Shown here: positions 38,579 to 49,435 of the stretch, piece after piece
Position numbering within the stretch: position 1 is the stretch's first letter
How the letters are laid out: each line of letters starts with the position of its first letter
NCBI GenBank assembly: GCA_963705305.1
Contig: OY970067.1
Span: 448,001 to 512,000 of the forward strand
Direction of reading: 5' to 3'
Length of the DNA: 64,000 nt
DNA from: an uncultured Methylomirabilota bacterium
Lineage (GTDB): Bacteria; Methylomirabilota; Methylomirabilia; Methylomirabilales; 2-02-FULL-66-22
The notes under the pieces: generated by a model
The model's input: only the letters and a program-made list of their open reading frames with translations
Told to the model about the DNA's origin: nothing
Databases searched by the model: none
Program-made: the position numbers and the translations under genes

Positions 38579-40981
38579 GTGGACGGTGCCGATATGGATA
38601 CCAGCACGGGGAATAATGCGGTGAAGGAAGAAAGCCGATCCGCAGCTGGAGTGGCCCACCCCGCCGACTCGCGCGGCCTGTCAAACGCAGAAGCCCGAGG
38701 GCGGCTGGCAACATACGGGGCCAATGAGATCCCGGAAACCAAGCCGAATCCGCTCGTGGTGTTCCTCCGGAAGTTCTGGGACCCGGTGCCCTGGATGCTG
38801 GAAGCCACGATCGCGCTGGAAGTGCTGCTGGGGCACGACGCGGAGGCTGTGATCATCGGCTTCCTGTTGGCCTTCAATGCGGCCGTCAGCTTGGTGCAAG
38901 AGGGGCGCGCCGGGAAGGCGCTGGCGCTGCTGCGCAGCCAGCTGGTTGTCCAGGCCCGGGCCATGCGCGACGGGCAGTGGCGCCTGCTGCCTGCGCGCGA
39001 ACTGGTGCCCGGTGACTTCGTCCACGTCCGCATGGGGGATCTGGTCCCGGCGGACGTGCGTGTGCTCGAAGGCACGATTCTGGCGGATCAATCGGCGCTG
39101 ACCGGCGAATCGTTGCCCGTGGACGACGGGCCTGGCGCGACGGCCTACGCGGGCGCGGTGGTCCGGCGGGGCGAGGCCAGCGGCGAAGTCCTGGCGACCG
39201 GATCGCGCACGTTTTTCGGCAGGACCGCCGAACTCGTGGGAAAGGCCGCCACGAAGAGCCACCTGCAGACGATCATCTTCCAGATCGTGAAATACCTGGT
39301 GCTGGTGGACGCCGTGCTGGTGCTCGGCCTTTTCGCCTATGCCGTCGGGACCGGGATGCCGCTTGGGGACGTCCTCCCGTTCGGGCTGGTCCTCCTGGTC
39401 GCCTCGGTCCCGGTTGCCCTGCCCGCCACGTTCACGCTGGCGGCAGCATTGGGCTCGCAGGAGCTGGCGGAATCGGGCGTGCTGGTGGCGAGGCTCTCCG
39501 CCATCGAAGAGGCCGCCGCCATGGATGTGCTGTGCAGCGATAAGACCGGGACACTCACTCAGAATCGCCTCGCGCTGGCCGGGACGCATCTGTACCGGGC
39601 GCATGAAGATGATCTGCTGGGCTGGGCGGCGGCTGCCAGTGATGCGGCCACCCAGGATCCGATCGATCTCGCCATTCTGGAGGCCGCCCACTCCCGGGCT
39701 GGGTCGATTCCCACAGTGGCGCGGCTGGCCTTCACACCGTTCGATCCCGCCAGCAAGCTCTGCGAGGCCACCGTGCAGGGAGCGGACGGCGCCATCCATG
39801 TGATTAAGGGGGCGCCCAACGCCGTCGCCGCGCGGGCGCAGCCCATTCCCACGCTGGCGGAAGATGTCGAGCGCCTGGCATCAGGCGGATACCGCGTCCT
39901 CGCGGTCGCGGCGGGAGCGGAAGACCGAATCGAAATGATCGGCCTGCTGGCTCTCGAGGATCCGCCGCGGGAGGACTCCCGCACGCTCATCCAGGACTTG
40001 CAGAGCCTGGGGGTGCGCGTCCGCATGGTGACCGGCGATGGGTTGCCAACGGCAGAATCTATCGCCGCCCGACTTGGGATTGAGGGCCCCGCAGGCCGGG
40101 CGGAAGAGATTCGGCAGAGCCAGGCCAAGGGAGTAGATCGGTACGCAGTCTTTGCCGAGGTGCTGCCGGAGGACAAATTCCATCTGGTCGAGGGGCTGCA
40201 GGGCACCCGCCATATCGTTGGGATGACCGGCGATGGGGTGAACGACGCGCCGGCACTGAAGCAAGCAGAAGTGGGCATTGCCGTGTCGGGAGCGACGGAT
40301 GTCGCGAAGGCCGCCGCCAGCCTCGTCCTGACGACGCCGGGTCTGGGCGGCATCGTGCGTGCCGTGGAGGCGAGCCGCCGGATCTACCAGCGCATGCTCA
40401 CCTACACCTTGAACAAGATCATCAAGACGGTCGAGATCGCGCTCTTTGTGAGCATCGGGGTGGTCGCGACCGGGCACCTCATCATCACCCCGCTCCTGAT
40501 CGTCCTCCTGCTGTTCACGAACGACTTCGTCACCATGTCGATCGCAACCGACCGCGTGTCGTTCTCGCGCACGCCTGACCGCTGGCCCGTGGGCCGGCTG
40601 GTCGCGGCCGGACTGCTGCTCGGCAGCCTCATCCTCGTGTTCTCGTTGACCGTGTTCGGTGTTGGCAGGTTCTCCCTGCACCTTCCGCTCGCGCGACTGC
40701 AGACGGTTGTCTTCATCACCCTGGTGTTCACCGGTCAAGCCACGGTCTACCTGGTGCGCGAGCGGAGACACTTCTGGCATTCGCTTCCCAGCCGGTGGAT
40801 GCTGCTGGCGTCGGTGCTGGACCTCTGCATTGTCGCGCTGCTCGCCACCGATGGGATCCTCATGGCTGCGATTCCGCTGACCCTCGTCCTCACAATCCTC
40901 GCATGCTGCGCCGTGTTCTTCTTCGGCCTGGACGCCCTCAAAGCCCGAGTTTTGAAACACACGATAGGGGTCTCCAGTTGA
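38579..40981 (+). CDS. P-type ATPase, type IIIA plasma-membrane proton-efflux-like
   Basis: Motifs DQSALTGES, VPVALP, CSDKTGTLT, DPIDLA, KGAP, TGDGVNDAPALK and NDFVTMSIATD. The start may be the ATG at 38594. Confidence 0.93.
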   Translation: MDGADMDTSTGNNAVKEESRSAAGVAHPADSRGLSNAEARGRLATYGANEIPETKPNPLVVFLRKFWDPVPWMLEATIALEVLLGHDAEAVIIGFLLAFNAAVSLVQEGRAGKALALLRSQLVVQARAMRDGQWRLLPARELVPGDFVHVRMGDLVPADVRVLEGTILADQSALTGESLPVDDGPGATAYAGAVVRRGEASGEVLATGSRTFFGRTAELVGKAATKSHLQTIIFQIVKYLVLVDAVLVLGLFAYAVGTGMPLGDVLPFGLVLLVASVPVALPATFTLAAALGSQELAESGVLVARLSAIEEAAAMDVLCSDKTGTLTQNRLALAGTHLYRAHEDDLLGWAAAASDAATQDPIDLAILEAAHSRAGSIPTVARLAFTPFDPASKLCEATVQGADGAIHVIKGAPNAVAARAQPIPTLAEDVERLASGGYRVLAVAAGAEDRIEMIGLLALEDPPREDSRTLIQDLQSLGVRVRMVTGDGLPTAESIAARLGIEGPAGRAEEIRQSQAKGVDRYAVFAEVLPEDKFHLVEGLQGTRHIVGMTGDGVNDAPALKQAEVGIAVSGATDVAKAAASLVLTTPGLGGIVRAVEASRRIYQRMLTYTLNKIIKTVEIALFVSIGVVATGHLIITPLLIVLLLFTNDFVTMSIATDRVSFSRTPDRWPVGRLVAAGLLLGSLILVFSLTVFGVGRFSLHLPLARLQTVVFITLVFTGQATVYLVRERRHFWHSLPSRWMLLASVLDLCIVALLATDGILMAAIPLTLVLTILACCAVFFFGLDALKARVLKHTIGVSS

Positions 40982-41648
40982 CTCGGACAGCTCCCCCCCA
41001 GCATATGACGACCACGGCGTACTCTGTCGGCTCCCCCGGCAGTGTGAGGTCGCCTTTCTTGCGGCAGTGGTCTCGGGAGGTTCGGTTCCGGCTACACCGG
41101 CGCGGCGGGGGATGCTGTCCACGCGGGTCGGTGGCGACGCCCTCCGGTTCTGCTCCAGCAGGCGGTGGCCGTCGAACTCCCGTCGTACACCTTGATGGTC
41201 AACCATGCGCGAGCCAGGAGGCCAACGGACCATTAGCTACAGCGGCTAAGCTCACTATCGATGGCTGCGTTAGCTCCATATGCGCGGTCTTGGGAGGACC
41301 CCACCATGGATTCATGGATCCGCGCCAGAGCCTCTCCCGCGTGTCCGAGCGGGGCGGCCCATGGGTGCGGCTGACCGCGGATGGGCCCCGCACGAGTGTG
41401 GGCGTGCCGCACACTCTGTCCGCAGGCTCCTCCGTGGCATATACTAGACCCGAGGGAGCGGTAGGGCCTGGCGGCGCCGGGCGGGCGGAGTCGTCTTGCC
41501 GCCCTGGGGATGCCGCTGGGGCGGCCGCCAGGGATCCGGGTGGCAAGAGCGGCCGGCACCCTCCATGGCACCGATTGAGGAAGCGGCATTCCCCCCGTGG
41601 CTGATCTGGTTCGTGGAGGGTCCGGGGGGAGACCGAAGGAGATGGGAA

Positions 41649-42092
41649 ATGCGGAAGATGCGGACGGGGCTTCTGGCTACCGTCCTGCTGATGATTGTCC
41701 TCCTGCTGGTCCCGCCCCCGCTGGCGGTCGCCCGGGAGGCCGGGGGCTTTCACGGGCACGCGGGCGCTGGGGTGGGCCACGCCTGGGGTGGCTGGCATGG
41801 GCGGCGAGGCTTTCACGGGCACGGTGGAGGCAGCGGGGTTATCGTCCTCGGGCCCGACCTCTGGGGGAATGCTCCGTGGTGGTGGGCGCCTCCCTACCCG
41901 GACGACACCTCCCCCGACTACACAGCCCCACCCGTGGTCGTCCAGCCCTCCCCGCCGGCCTACTGGTACTACTGCCCGGAGGCCCGAGCGTACTACCCGT
42001 ACGTCCAGCACTGCCCCTCCGGCTGGTTGACCGTCGTCCCGCCCACGGCCGCGGCCCCGAGCGGTCCGACGCCGTCCCTACCGCCGAGCTGA
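41649..42092 (+). CDS. Exported Gly/His/Pro-rich protein with YWYYC...YYPYV module
   Basis: AAGGAG RBS, signal peptide, and a motif shared with the gene at 20871. Confidence 0.75.
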   Translation: MRKMRTGLLATVLLMIVLLLVPPPLAVAREAGGFHGHAGAGVGHAWGGWHGRRGFHGHGGGSGVIVLGPDLWGNAPWWWAPPYPDDTSPDYTAPPVVVQPSPPAYWYYCPEARAYYPYVQHCPSGWLTVVPPTAAAPSGPTPSLPPS

Positions 42093-42219
42093 GGGGGGGT
42101 TGTTGACCACTCTGGCTCCCGGATCGGGGGGCTTCGAGTAACTCCGGCGGCGACGGAGTGTAAAGGAGGAGCCAGTTGGCCCTGGCGCAGGTCACGGTCG
42201 CCCGGTGCCTTGACAGCCG

Positions 42220-43153
42220 TAATCCGGGACGTTGCCAAGCAATTCACGGAGCGGCCGTGAGCAGTCGCTCCCACCGCGCGCGCTCCACGCGGCCGCGCGC
42301 TACCGCCTGGGACACCGCCTGGGGGGAGACCCCGAGGACGGGAGCCCGGGGCCCCGCGGGGTGCCCGCCCACCGCCACCCAGCGGGAGGCGATGCCGGCC
42401 CGGGCGCGCGCCACCGCGCCGGGGCCCCCCCGCCAGGGTGGCCCGCCCCAGACCGCCCTGGCGGCAGCCCCGGGCCGTGCGGGGCGCCCCCCGGAGGGCG
42501 GGTCTGCGGACCGGGGCGGCCGACGCCCCCGCCGGCTGCCGCTGCGCCGCAAACGCCGCCCGGCCGCGGATCCGCGCATCCCCGCGATCCGCCGCGCGCG
42601 GGCGGGGGCCGCACTGCCCAAGGCTGGTCCGCGTGTCTCGCCAGGCCCGGGGGCCCGTTCCCCCGAGCGCGCTGTGGCCGGTCCAGGGGCAGCGGGCGAG
42701 CGTCCGGAGCGCGGGCACGCCGTTCGCGCGGCGCGGGTGGAGGTGCAGGTAGCGGACGCGGTCCCGGAGGGAGGGCGCCGCCGCCACCACGAGGGCCGTG
42801 TCGCGGCTCTGGAAGAGGTGCCCGACCCGCTTCTGGCGGCGGTTGACGGCCCCGGCGGAGCCGGTCCGGAGGGACCGCATGCTCCGGGGCAGGGGGCGCG
42901 TCCCGGTCCGGACCAGGCGGTGGGCGTGGTTCGGGAGGGCCCAGGCGTAGACGGTGAGGGCCCCCTGCTCCGCCAGGGCGGCGAGGCGGACGAGGAAGTC
43001 CGTCCGATCGGTGTCGGCGCGGAAGAGCCTGGTGCGCTCGATCCCGCGCACCCTCACCTGGTGCAGCGTGTCCGGCGCCTCCAGCCGCGGCTGGCGTGGC
43101 CTGATGGAGTTGCGGCTCGCACACCTTGGTTTACTTGGCAACGTCCCGGATTA
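42220..43153 (-). mobile_element. Decayed relative of the TIR-bounded HUH element
   Basis: Inverted repeats TAATCCGGGACGTTGCCAAGCAA and TTACTTGGCAACGTCCCGGATTA (22/23 match) enclose a degenerate transposase (PRQPRLEAPDTLHQVRVRGIER...NHAHRL...YLHLHP) with deletions and frameshifts. Confidence 0.85.
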
Positions 43154-43255
43154 TATATGCACTTCAAAGACGCCGATGCTTATCCATGGCGACTCCACTT
43201 GAATCCTTACGAAAGGGACATCGGAAATAATTGATTCCTTCACGCCCTCGTATTG

Positions 43256-44506
43256 TCACAGACCTAACTCCGCGCCTTGAGTAACCAGGACCTTTTGCAG
43301 CTCGGCCACATCTATCTTACCAGGCGTGGTGCCCGCCCGTACCGCCAGCGCCGCCGCCGTCCCTGCCGCCTGCCCTGTGGCCGAGCAGACGGGGATCAGT
43401 CGGAGTTGGCCCATGGCCTCTTCGTCGGCCGAGATGCAGCGCCCCGCCACGAGCAGGTTGTCCACCCCTTGTGGCAGCAGCGAGCCGTACGGGAGCCGGA
43501 TGGGTTCCTCGGCGTACGGCTTGACCACCGTGTCGCCGAAACGGGTCGTCCGCACCTCTTGCATCGTGGGCGAGCTGCCCCCCAGGATCTGCCGAGTTGC
43601 CCGCACGCCAAGCAAGGGCGCCGTTTCTGTGACCCAGGCTCCCTCGAAGCCCCGAACGTGCCGCCGCAAGAAGCCCACGAACCGAATCACGTGCTCCCTG
43701 GTGATCACCTCCGCCTCGGTGAGCTGTGCCGGGTCGAGGGCGTCTCGGCCGCCCAGATTCCCGGACCAGACGTTGAGCTCGCCGGGATGGAGGAGGCATT
43801 CCGCATGGACGCCTGGAGCGCCCCACTCCACAGTGGTACCCAGTTCATAGGAGAGTTCGCCCCGGGCAATCGCTTGGGCCACGACCCGCCTAAGATTGCT
43901 CCAATTGCCGAGATGGGCGAGTACCTCGTCCACATCGACCCCCGCCATGTTGAACATCAAAGTAATCGGCTTGCGCACTACCCGAAACGGTGCGCCGGCA
44001 AAGGCGGCCACGTCCGCGTCGCCCGTCGCATCCACCACCACCTTCGCCCGGATGGCCTGGCGCCCCGCCTTATTCTCGATGATGACGCCTCTTAGAGCAT
44101 TTTGCTCCACTATGCTCCCCACTATCAGAGAGTGTAGTAGGAGGCGAACGTTCTGCTCCCGTAGCATCTGCACCAGCTCGAACTTCAGCACCTCTGGGTC
44201 CAGAGCGTGCATCTTGAGATCGACCATCTCGGCGCCCGGATGCTGCAAGGGGGCGTACACCTGCATCTCCCGGAGCCGCGCACTGATTTCTCGATTGATC
44301 CCGTTGTCGAGGGGCGGCGTCGTAATGACAAGACCGCCGGTGACGAGGCCGCCGAGGAACCCGTAGCGCTCCACCACCAGTGGGCGCGCGCCGTTTCGCG
44401 CCGCACAGACCGCCGCGGCCACCCCGGCGAACCCGCCACCGCACACGAGCACATCCGCCTCCGCCGTGACCGGGACCCTCCGCTCCGTCTCAACGATCCA
44501 GCTCAT
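43256..44506 (-). CDS. FAD-dependent oxidoreductase
   Basis: Motifs DVLVCGGGFAG, DATGDAD, NLLVAGRCIS and GQAAGTAAA. Confidence 0.9.
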   Translation of the reverse strand: MSWIVETERRVPVTAEADVLVCGGGFAGVAAAVCAARNGARPLVVERYGFLGGLVTGGLVITTPPLDNGINREISARLREMQVYAPLQHPGAEMVDLKMHALDPEVLKFELVQMLREQNVRLLLHSLIVGSIVEQNALRGVIIENKAGRQAIRAKVVVDATGDADVAAFAGAPFRVVRKPITLMFNMAGVDVDEVLAHLGNWSNLRRVVAQAIARGELSYELGTTVEWGAPGVHAECLLHPGELNVWSGNLGGRDALDPAQLTEAEVITREHVIRFVGFLRRHVRGFEGAWVTETAPLLGVRATRQILGGSSPTMQEVRTTRFGDTVVKPYAEEPIRLPYGSLLPQGVDNLLVAGRCISADEEAMGQLRLIPVCSATGQAAGTAAALAVRAGTTPGKIDVAELQKVLVTQGAELGL

Positions 44507-44769
44507 CGCATCCTCCCGTCTGCCCTCTTGCCCCGCAACGCTCCGGGCGCTGGTACCAGACTTTGAAGGCTAACGAAGGTTCCGGAATTCTCCAGTGAAT
44601 TCGCCATACTTGCCGTGCGCCGTCTGCGGCCGATTTGAATCGACAACAATCACGTCGACGAGGCGGCCCGGGACGACAGTCGGCGAGGATGGATACTCCC
44701 CAATTCAACGAGTTGCTTGACTTGCGCAATGACGCTTCCGCCAGACTGTTTCGCGGCAAGCGCAAGGTC

Positions 44770-44855
44770 CGGTGGTGGATCCCGGGCTGGCCGAAGAAGT
44801 AACTGTAGATCATAAAGCTAATGCCTTCCATCACCCCCGGCGTGGTGCCCCCGAA
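44770..44855 (-). pseudogene. Short fragment of a TRAP DctM paralog
   Basis: GGTTPGVMEGISFMIYSYFFGQPGIHHR compared with GGTTSGLMVGAGLMIYSYFFGPVGIHHR at 47911-47996. Confidence 0.7.
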
Positions 44856-44953
44856 AGTGATAATTTTGTCCAGAACATTCACACGTGGTCTCGACGGCGC
44901 CCAGCGCGGTTAACCCCGCTTGCTCCTAACCCTTGTCGCACTTCAGTCCCGGA

Positions 44954-46132
44954 TCAGATGACGCCAGCCTTCCTGAAGGCACTAATCTCCGGGGCGGTGT
45001 ACCCCAACTCGGTGAGGATCGCTTCGGTGTGTTCCCCGACGAGCGGAGGCGGCAGCCTGATGCTCCCGGGGGTATCACTCAACCTCACAGGAATCCCTGT
45101 AACCTTTATAGTTCCTGAAGACGGATGCTCGACCTCCGCAAGCATGCCGTTGACTCCCAGTTGCGGATTCGCGGCCACCTCGGCATAGGTGAGAACCGGC
45201 GCGCACCAGCCGTCCCGTGCCTCGAATTCCCGAATCCACTCAGCCACGGGCCGCGTGGTCAGGATCGGCTCGATCTCCGCCTTCAGTTCATCCCGGCGCT
45301 GAAAAGCCACTCCTCTGTCCACGTACTTCTCGGCGAGGTGCGGAAGCCCCAGCGCATCCCCAAGGCCTTTGAGGGAAATCTCGGCCAGAACAAAATAGCC
45401 GTCCTGGGCGCGGAACACGCCGTACGGGCCCCCCAGGTGGACGTGCCCCCTCTCGGATCCCCTCGTGATCGGCGCATCGGCATTCCAGAACGCAGCGAAT
45501 TCCTGAGTCTGCAAGTCGACGGAGGAACTCAAGAGATCCACCTCGACCCTCTGTCCCCTTCCACTGCGCTCGCGGTGCAGCAGGGCCAGGGCTATTCCAT
45601 ACGCAAGGAGGGATGCGCTGTGCTCATCCGCGATGAAGGTGCCCGCGGGAGTAGGTGGCTCGCCCGGCCCCCCGGAGAGGGTCATGAGCCCGCTGAGCGC
45701 TTGAGCCAGCAGATCTTGCCCCCTCTTTTTCGAGTACGGGCCGCTTCCCCCGTACCCGGTGGCAGAACCATAGACGATTCTCGGGTTAACCTCTCGTATT
45801 CGCGCGTACCCCAACCCCAGCCTGTCCATAACCCCCGGTCGAAAATTCTCCACCAGCACATCGGCGGTGGCGATGAGCTTCAGGGCGATTGCGGCGCCCT
45901 CGGGTGCCTTGAGGTTCAGCGCGAGGCTCCGCTTGTTCCGGTTCATCGCCAGAAACATCGCCTTCTGGCCGCCCTTCGAATATTGCCCGGAGTTCCGTCC
46001 CCGTTCGCCGATTCCGGGAACCTCCACTTTGATCACGTCCGCGCCCATGTCACCCAGCATCTGTGCAGCCCACGGCCCTTGCATCATCTGGGCAAAATCG
46101 AGCACCCGAAAGCCTTCTAGCGGCCCACCCAT
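44954..46132 (-). CDS. CoA-transferase family III (CaiB/BaiF)
   Basis: Motifs GPLEGFRVLD, LGDMGADVIKVE, NRNKRS, ENFRPG and PPLVGEHT. Confidence 0.93.
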   Translation of the reverse strand: MGGPLEGFRVLDFAQMMQGPWAAQMLGDMGADVIKVEVPGIGERGRNSGQYSKGGQKAMFLAMNRNKRSLALNLKAPEGAAIALKLIATADVLVENFRPGVMDRLGLGYARIREVNPRIVYGSATGYGGSGPYSKKRGQDLLAQALSGLMTLSGGPGEPPTPAGTFIADEHSASLLAYGIALALLHRERSGRGQRVEVDLLSSSVDLQTQEFAAFWNADAPITRGSERGHVHLGGPYGVFRAQDGYFVLAEISLKGLGDALGLPHLAEKYVDRGVAFQRRDELKAEIEPILTTRPVAEWIREFEARDGWCAPVLTYAEVAANPQLGVNGMLAEVEHPSSGTIKVTGIPVRLSDTPGSIRLPPPLVGEHTEAILTELGYTAPEISAFRKAGVI

Positions 46133-46584
46133 GGTTCGACCCCCGAATGTGTGCCTCGGCTGGCAGTCAATAGGGCAACTTGTGGTTCTTCGCCCCAAAG
46201 CCCGCCACGCCTTGGTCCAAGCTCCCGTCCCTTCAACGCATGCTCACCGCGGTGCAGTCGAGAAAGTCCCCCACCTCTCGAATCTTGGCCCACCGGTTGG
46301 CGAGCGCCTCCGGATCCTTCCGGCACAGTGTCCCCGCCATCCTGATGGTCGCCTTGCACCGGCAAGAACAGAGCGCCTTTCTACGGTGCGCGTCCAAAGA
46401 TAAGGTGAGACTTCGGCACAGTTGACGAAAGACACATCCCCTTGTAAAGGATCATTCTGGCAAAAATAGATGGGGTCCATTTGGCGCACACCTGATGACC
46501 CCACGACAGAAAATCGACATTCTTCAGATCTTGCCTGCTCAATGGACTGAACTATCTTATGCTGCCTTCTCCTTGTAGAGTACC

Positions 46585-47016
46585 TCAAAAGTAGTAAAGA
46601 ATATGTGTACCCACGACGACCACTTCGCCGTCCTGATTTGTCACTGTTATTTGGGCCAAGCTTTGGGACTTCTCCGGAACCTTATCCATTATCTTATACT
46701 CTACTGAGATGGTGTCACCAATGCGCACAGCCTTAACAAATCGGATCCGATCGTATCCATACGACACGCATCGAGGCACATGCATCGTCTCAACAAATTT
46801 GGTCGAAGCGCTAGACATATAACCGACGATTAAAGCACCGTGGGCAATCCGATGTTTGTAGATACTGTCTTTCATGTACTCTTCGTTGACATGATTTCCA
46901 TGCAGGTCTCCTGTTATTCCAGCGAATAGGTAAACGTCACTTTCCCCGACCGTCTTACTGAAGGTTACCTTGTCCCCGATTTGAATACGACCCAAACTCA
47001 TTCCCGGCTCACTCAT
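46585..47016 (-). CDS. MaoC-like enoyl-CoA hydratase/dehydratase
   Basis: Motif FAGITGD...HVNEEY...RIAHG...F.KAVRIGDT. Confidence 0.88.
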   Translation of the reverse strand: MSEPGMSLGRIQIGDKVTFSKTVGESDVYLFAGITGDLHGNHVNEEYMKDSIYKHRIAHGALIVGYMSSASTKFVETMHVPRCVSYGYDRIRFVKAVRIGDTISVEYKIMDKVPEKSQSLAQITVTNQDGEVVVVGTHILYYF

Positions 47017-47177
47017 ATTTTCTCCCCTCGTCCGTAGGTGCGATGTCGTCACCCCGTCACCGTCGCCACTTTTGTCTCAGGCACACTTGCCTCCTATCGT
47101 ACGATTGACTAATCATCGCGCGGCCAGACCTGGACGATAGAACCCTCCAATCTCAAATCAAGCCAGGAATTTCCTGG

Positions 47178-48524
47178 CTAGAGTGATGGGCAGATGTACT
47201 TGCCGTGTAGGCCGATGAAACACCCGACGGACTGGGGAAGGACGAGCCGGGGTAACCAGAGGACTAGGTTTGGAAATAGGATGATCAGCGTGATCACGAT
47301 GAAAAAAATCAGGTAAAGCGGGATCGATTGGCGAAGCGCTTTGAGGAACGGCACACCCGCCAAGGTCGAGGCCAAGAGCAGAATCAGGCCGTATGGGGGG
47401 GTGATTAGACCGAAGGCCAAGCTCACGATGACGAGGACACCCATGTGGATTGGGTGGATGTGGCCGAGCCGCGCCAGGGCCGTGATGATAGGCATGAAAA
47501 TGGCAATGGCGGGAACCCCATCCAGGAAGTCTCCAGCAATCGTCAAAACGGCCACCATGAGATACATGATAAAGATCCGGTTGTGGCCCGCGACCGCTTC
47601 GATCCAGCCTTTCACAATATCTGGGCCGCCAAGGTACGCCAGCATCCATCCAACCGCCGAAGCGCTGGCCACCGCGGCCATCGGGAGCGAATAGAGAACC
47701 GCCGCCTCCATGAAGTTCTGCGCTAGGTTCCGGATGTGAGCTCGATTCAATAAGGGGATCAGGACGACCAGGATGTACACCACGGCGACCATGCCCGCTT
47801 CCGCTGGCGTGAAGTACCCGGTGAGGACGCCACCGACGATGATGATGGGGATCATCAGCGGCAAGACCGCTGCCTGGGTCGCCTTGAACATCTGGTGGAA
47901 GGAGGCCCGTCGGTGGTGGATCCCGACAGGGCCGAAGAAGTAACTATAGATCATGAGACCGGCACCGACCATCAGCCCTGATGTGGTGCCCCCGAGGAAC
48001 AACCCCGCGATGGAAACATTCCCGATGGCGCCATAAACGATGGCCATGATGCTGGGCGGGACCATGGCGGCAATGCTGGAGGCGGCCGCGACCAGTGCCG
48101 CGGAGAAAGCCGGATCGTATCCCTCCTGCTCCATGTAGGGCATAACGACCGTGCTGATCGCCGTGACATCCGCCGTCATGGATCCCGAGATGCCGGCGAA
48201 GATCATACTCGATAGGCTCACCACTTGGGCAAGGCCGCTGCGGAAATGGCCGACGAAAACCTGGGCGAACCGGATGAGCCGTTCGGTGAGATTGGCCGAG
48301 GTCATCATGTCCCCGGCCAAGAGGAAAAAGGGGATGGCCAGGAACTCGAGCTGGTTGATCCCGTTAAAGAGTTGGGCCATGATGGAGGGAAGCGAGATCG
48401 GGGTGAAGAGGGCCGTGGCCAACAGGGAGCCGGCGATCAGGGAATAGCAGACGGGAACCCCTTGGTAGCCGAGGTAGAGGAAAGCCGCAATCATCACCAC
48501 CACAGCGACTGCATTCATGCTCAT
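47178..48524 (-). CDS. dctM: TRAP transporter large permease
   Basis: Motifs AIPFFLLAG, FAGISGS..AD, PPSI and GLITPPYG. Confidence 0.92.
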   Translation of the reverse strand: MSMNAVAVVVMIAAFLYLGYQGVPVCYSLIAGSLLATALFTPISLPSIMAQLFNGINQLEFLAIPFFLLAGDMMTSANLTERLIRFAQVFVGHFRSGLAQVVSLSSMIFAGISGSMTADVTAISTVVMPYMEQEGYDPAFSAALVAAASSIAAMVPPSIMAIVYGAIGNVSIAGLFLGGTTSGLMVGAGLMIYSYFFGPVGIHHRRASFHQMFKATQAAVLPLMIPIIIVGGVLTGYFTPAEAGMVAVVYILVVLIPLLNRAHIRNLAQNFMEAAVLYSLPMAAVASASAVGWMLAYLGGPDIVKGWIEAVAGHNRIFIMYLMVAVLTIAGDFLDGVPAIAIFMPIITALARLGHIHPIHMGVLVIVSLAFGLITPPYGLILLLASTLAGVPFLKALRQSIPLYLIFFIVITLIILFPNLVLWLPRLVLPQSVGCFIGLHGKYICPSL

Positions 48525-48537
48525 AACTAGCCTATCG

Positions 48538-49113
48538 TCAGGTCACCGAGATGCGCGGCGTAACCCCGGTCTCCCCCGGGACAGCGAAGCCGCGGCGCCA
48601 CCCATTGACGAGCTCCTCAATGGTGAAGAGGGCCACGAATACGCCGGAGACGGGAATGGCAGCATATAGGTATGCGATGGGTGTGAGCGAGGGCATCAGG
48701 AAACTACCGAACCCAGTTAGATAGTTTTGGTAGCCGAACACGATCATGCAAAGGGCCACCACTAGCATGACGAGGCGGTTGATGATCTCGACCACAAAGC
48801 GCTTCCGTCCAGTTAGGAACTCGCCGACGGCCGTCAAACGGAAGTGCTGGTCGCGCCGGACCGCCACCCCCGCCCCCAGGAACACCCCCCACACGAAGAA
48901 CCCGGAGGAAAACTCCTCCGCGTCGAGCCAGGGATGACCAATGTCACGGAAGAGGACGTCGCCCAATTCACTCAAGGTAAAGGCGAGGAGCAACAGGGCG
49001 CACAAGACCATGAGGCCGCGCTCGAGATAGTTCAGCGCGGACCACTTAAGATGGGGCGACGCATGGATTGTGATCCGTGACCCCAGCCGCTCGGGCTGTT
49101 TTGGAACAGCCAT
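48538..49113 (-). CDS. dctQ: TRAP transporter small permease
   Basis: Four TM segments and EE...FVWGVFLGAGVAVRRDQH, between dctP and dctM. Confidence 0.85.
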   Translation of the reverse strand: MAVPKQPERLGSRITIHASPHLKWSALNYLERGLMVLCALLLLAFTLSELGDVLFRDIGHPWLDAEEFSSGFFVWGVFLGAGVAVRRDQHFRLTAVGEFLTGRKRFVVEIINRLVMLVVALCMIVFGYQNYLTGFGSFLMPSLTPIAYLYAAIPVSGVFVALFTIEELVNGWRRGFAVPGETGVTPRISVT

Positions 49114-49435
49114 GTTACTCGGGGCTCCAAAGACGGCCGAGTAGCTGGACGGCGTACTCCCCCCCGTCCTCGACCAAAGGCGTCTCAAGGGGGGCCGTGA
49201 GTTGGGCGAAGACCGGCTGGTCGACCTTGGTGTGGGCGGCCCCCCCTCGTTTCTGCAACCTCCTGGTTGCCTCTGAACGACATGGGAAGAATCGTCTCGT
49301 CACCACGGCCGGCCTCCCTGCCGTCATGAAAGCCCAATCCTGCGCAGACCCTTCACGCCACCCCCCTCCCCGAGAGCGCCACCCTGTTCTCGGAAACTGT
49401 ACGAACGAATAAGCCTGTCTCGAATTGGCTCCCCG

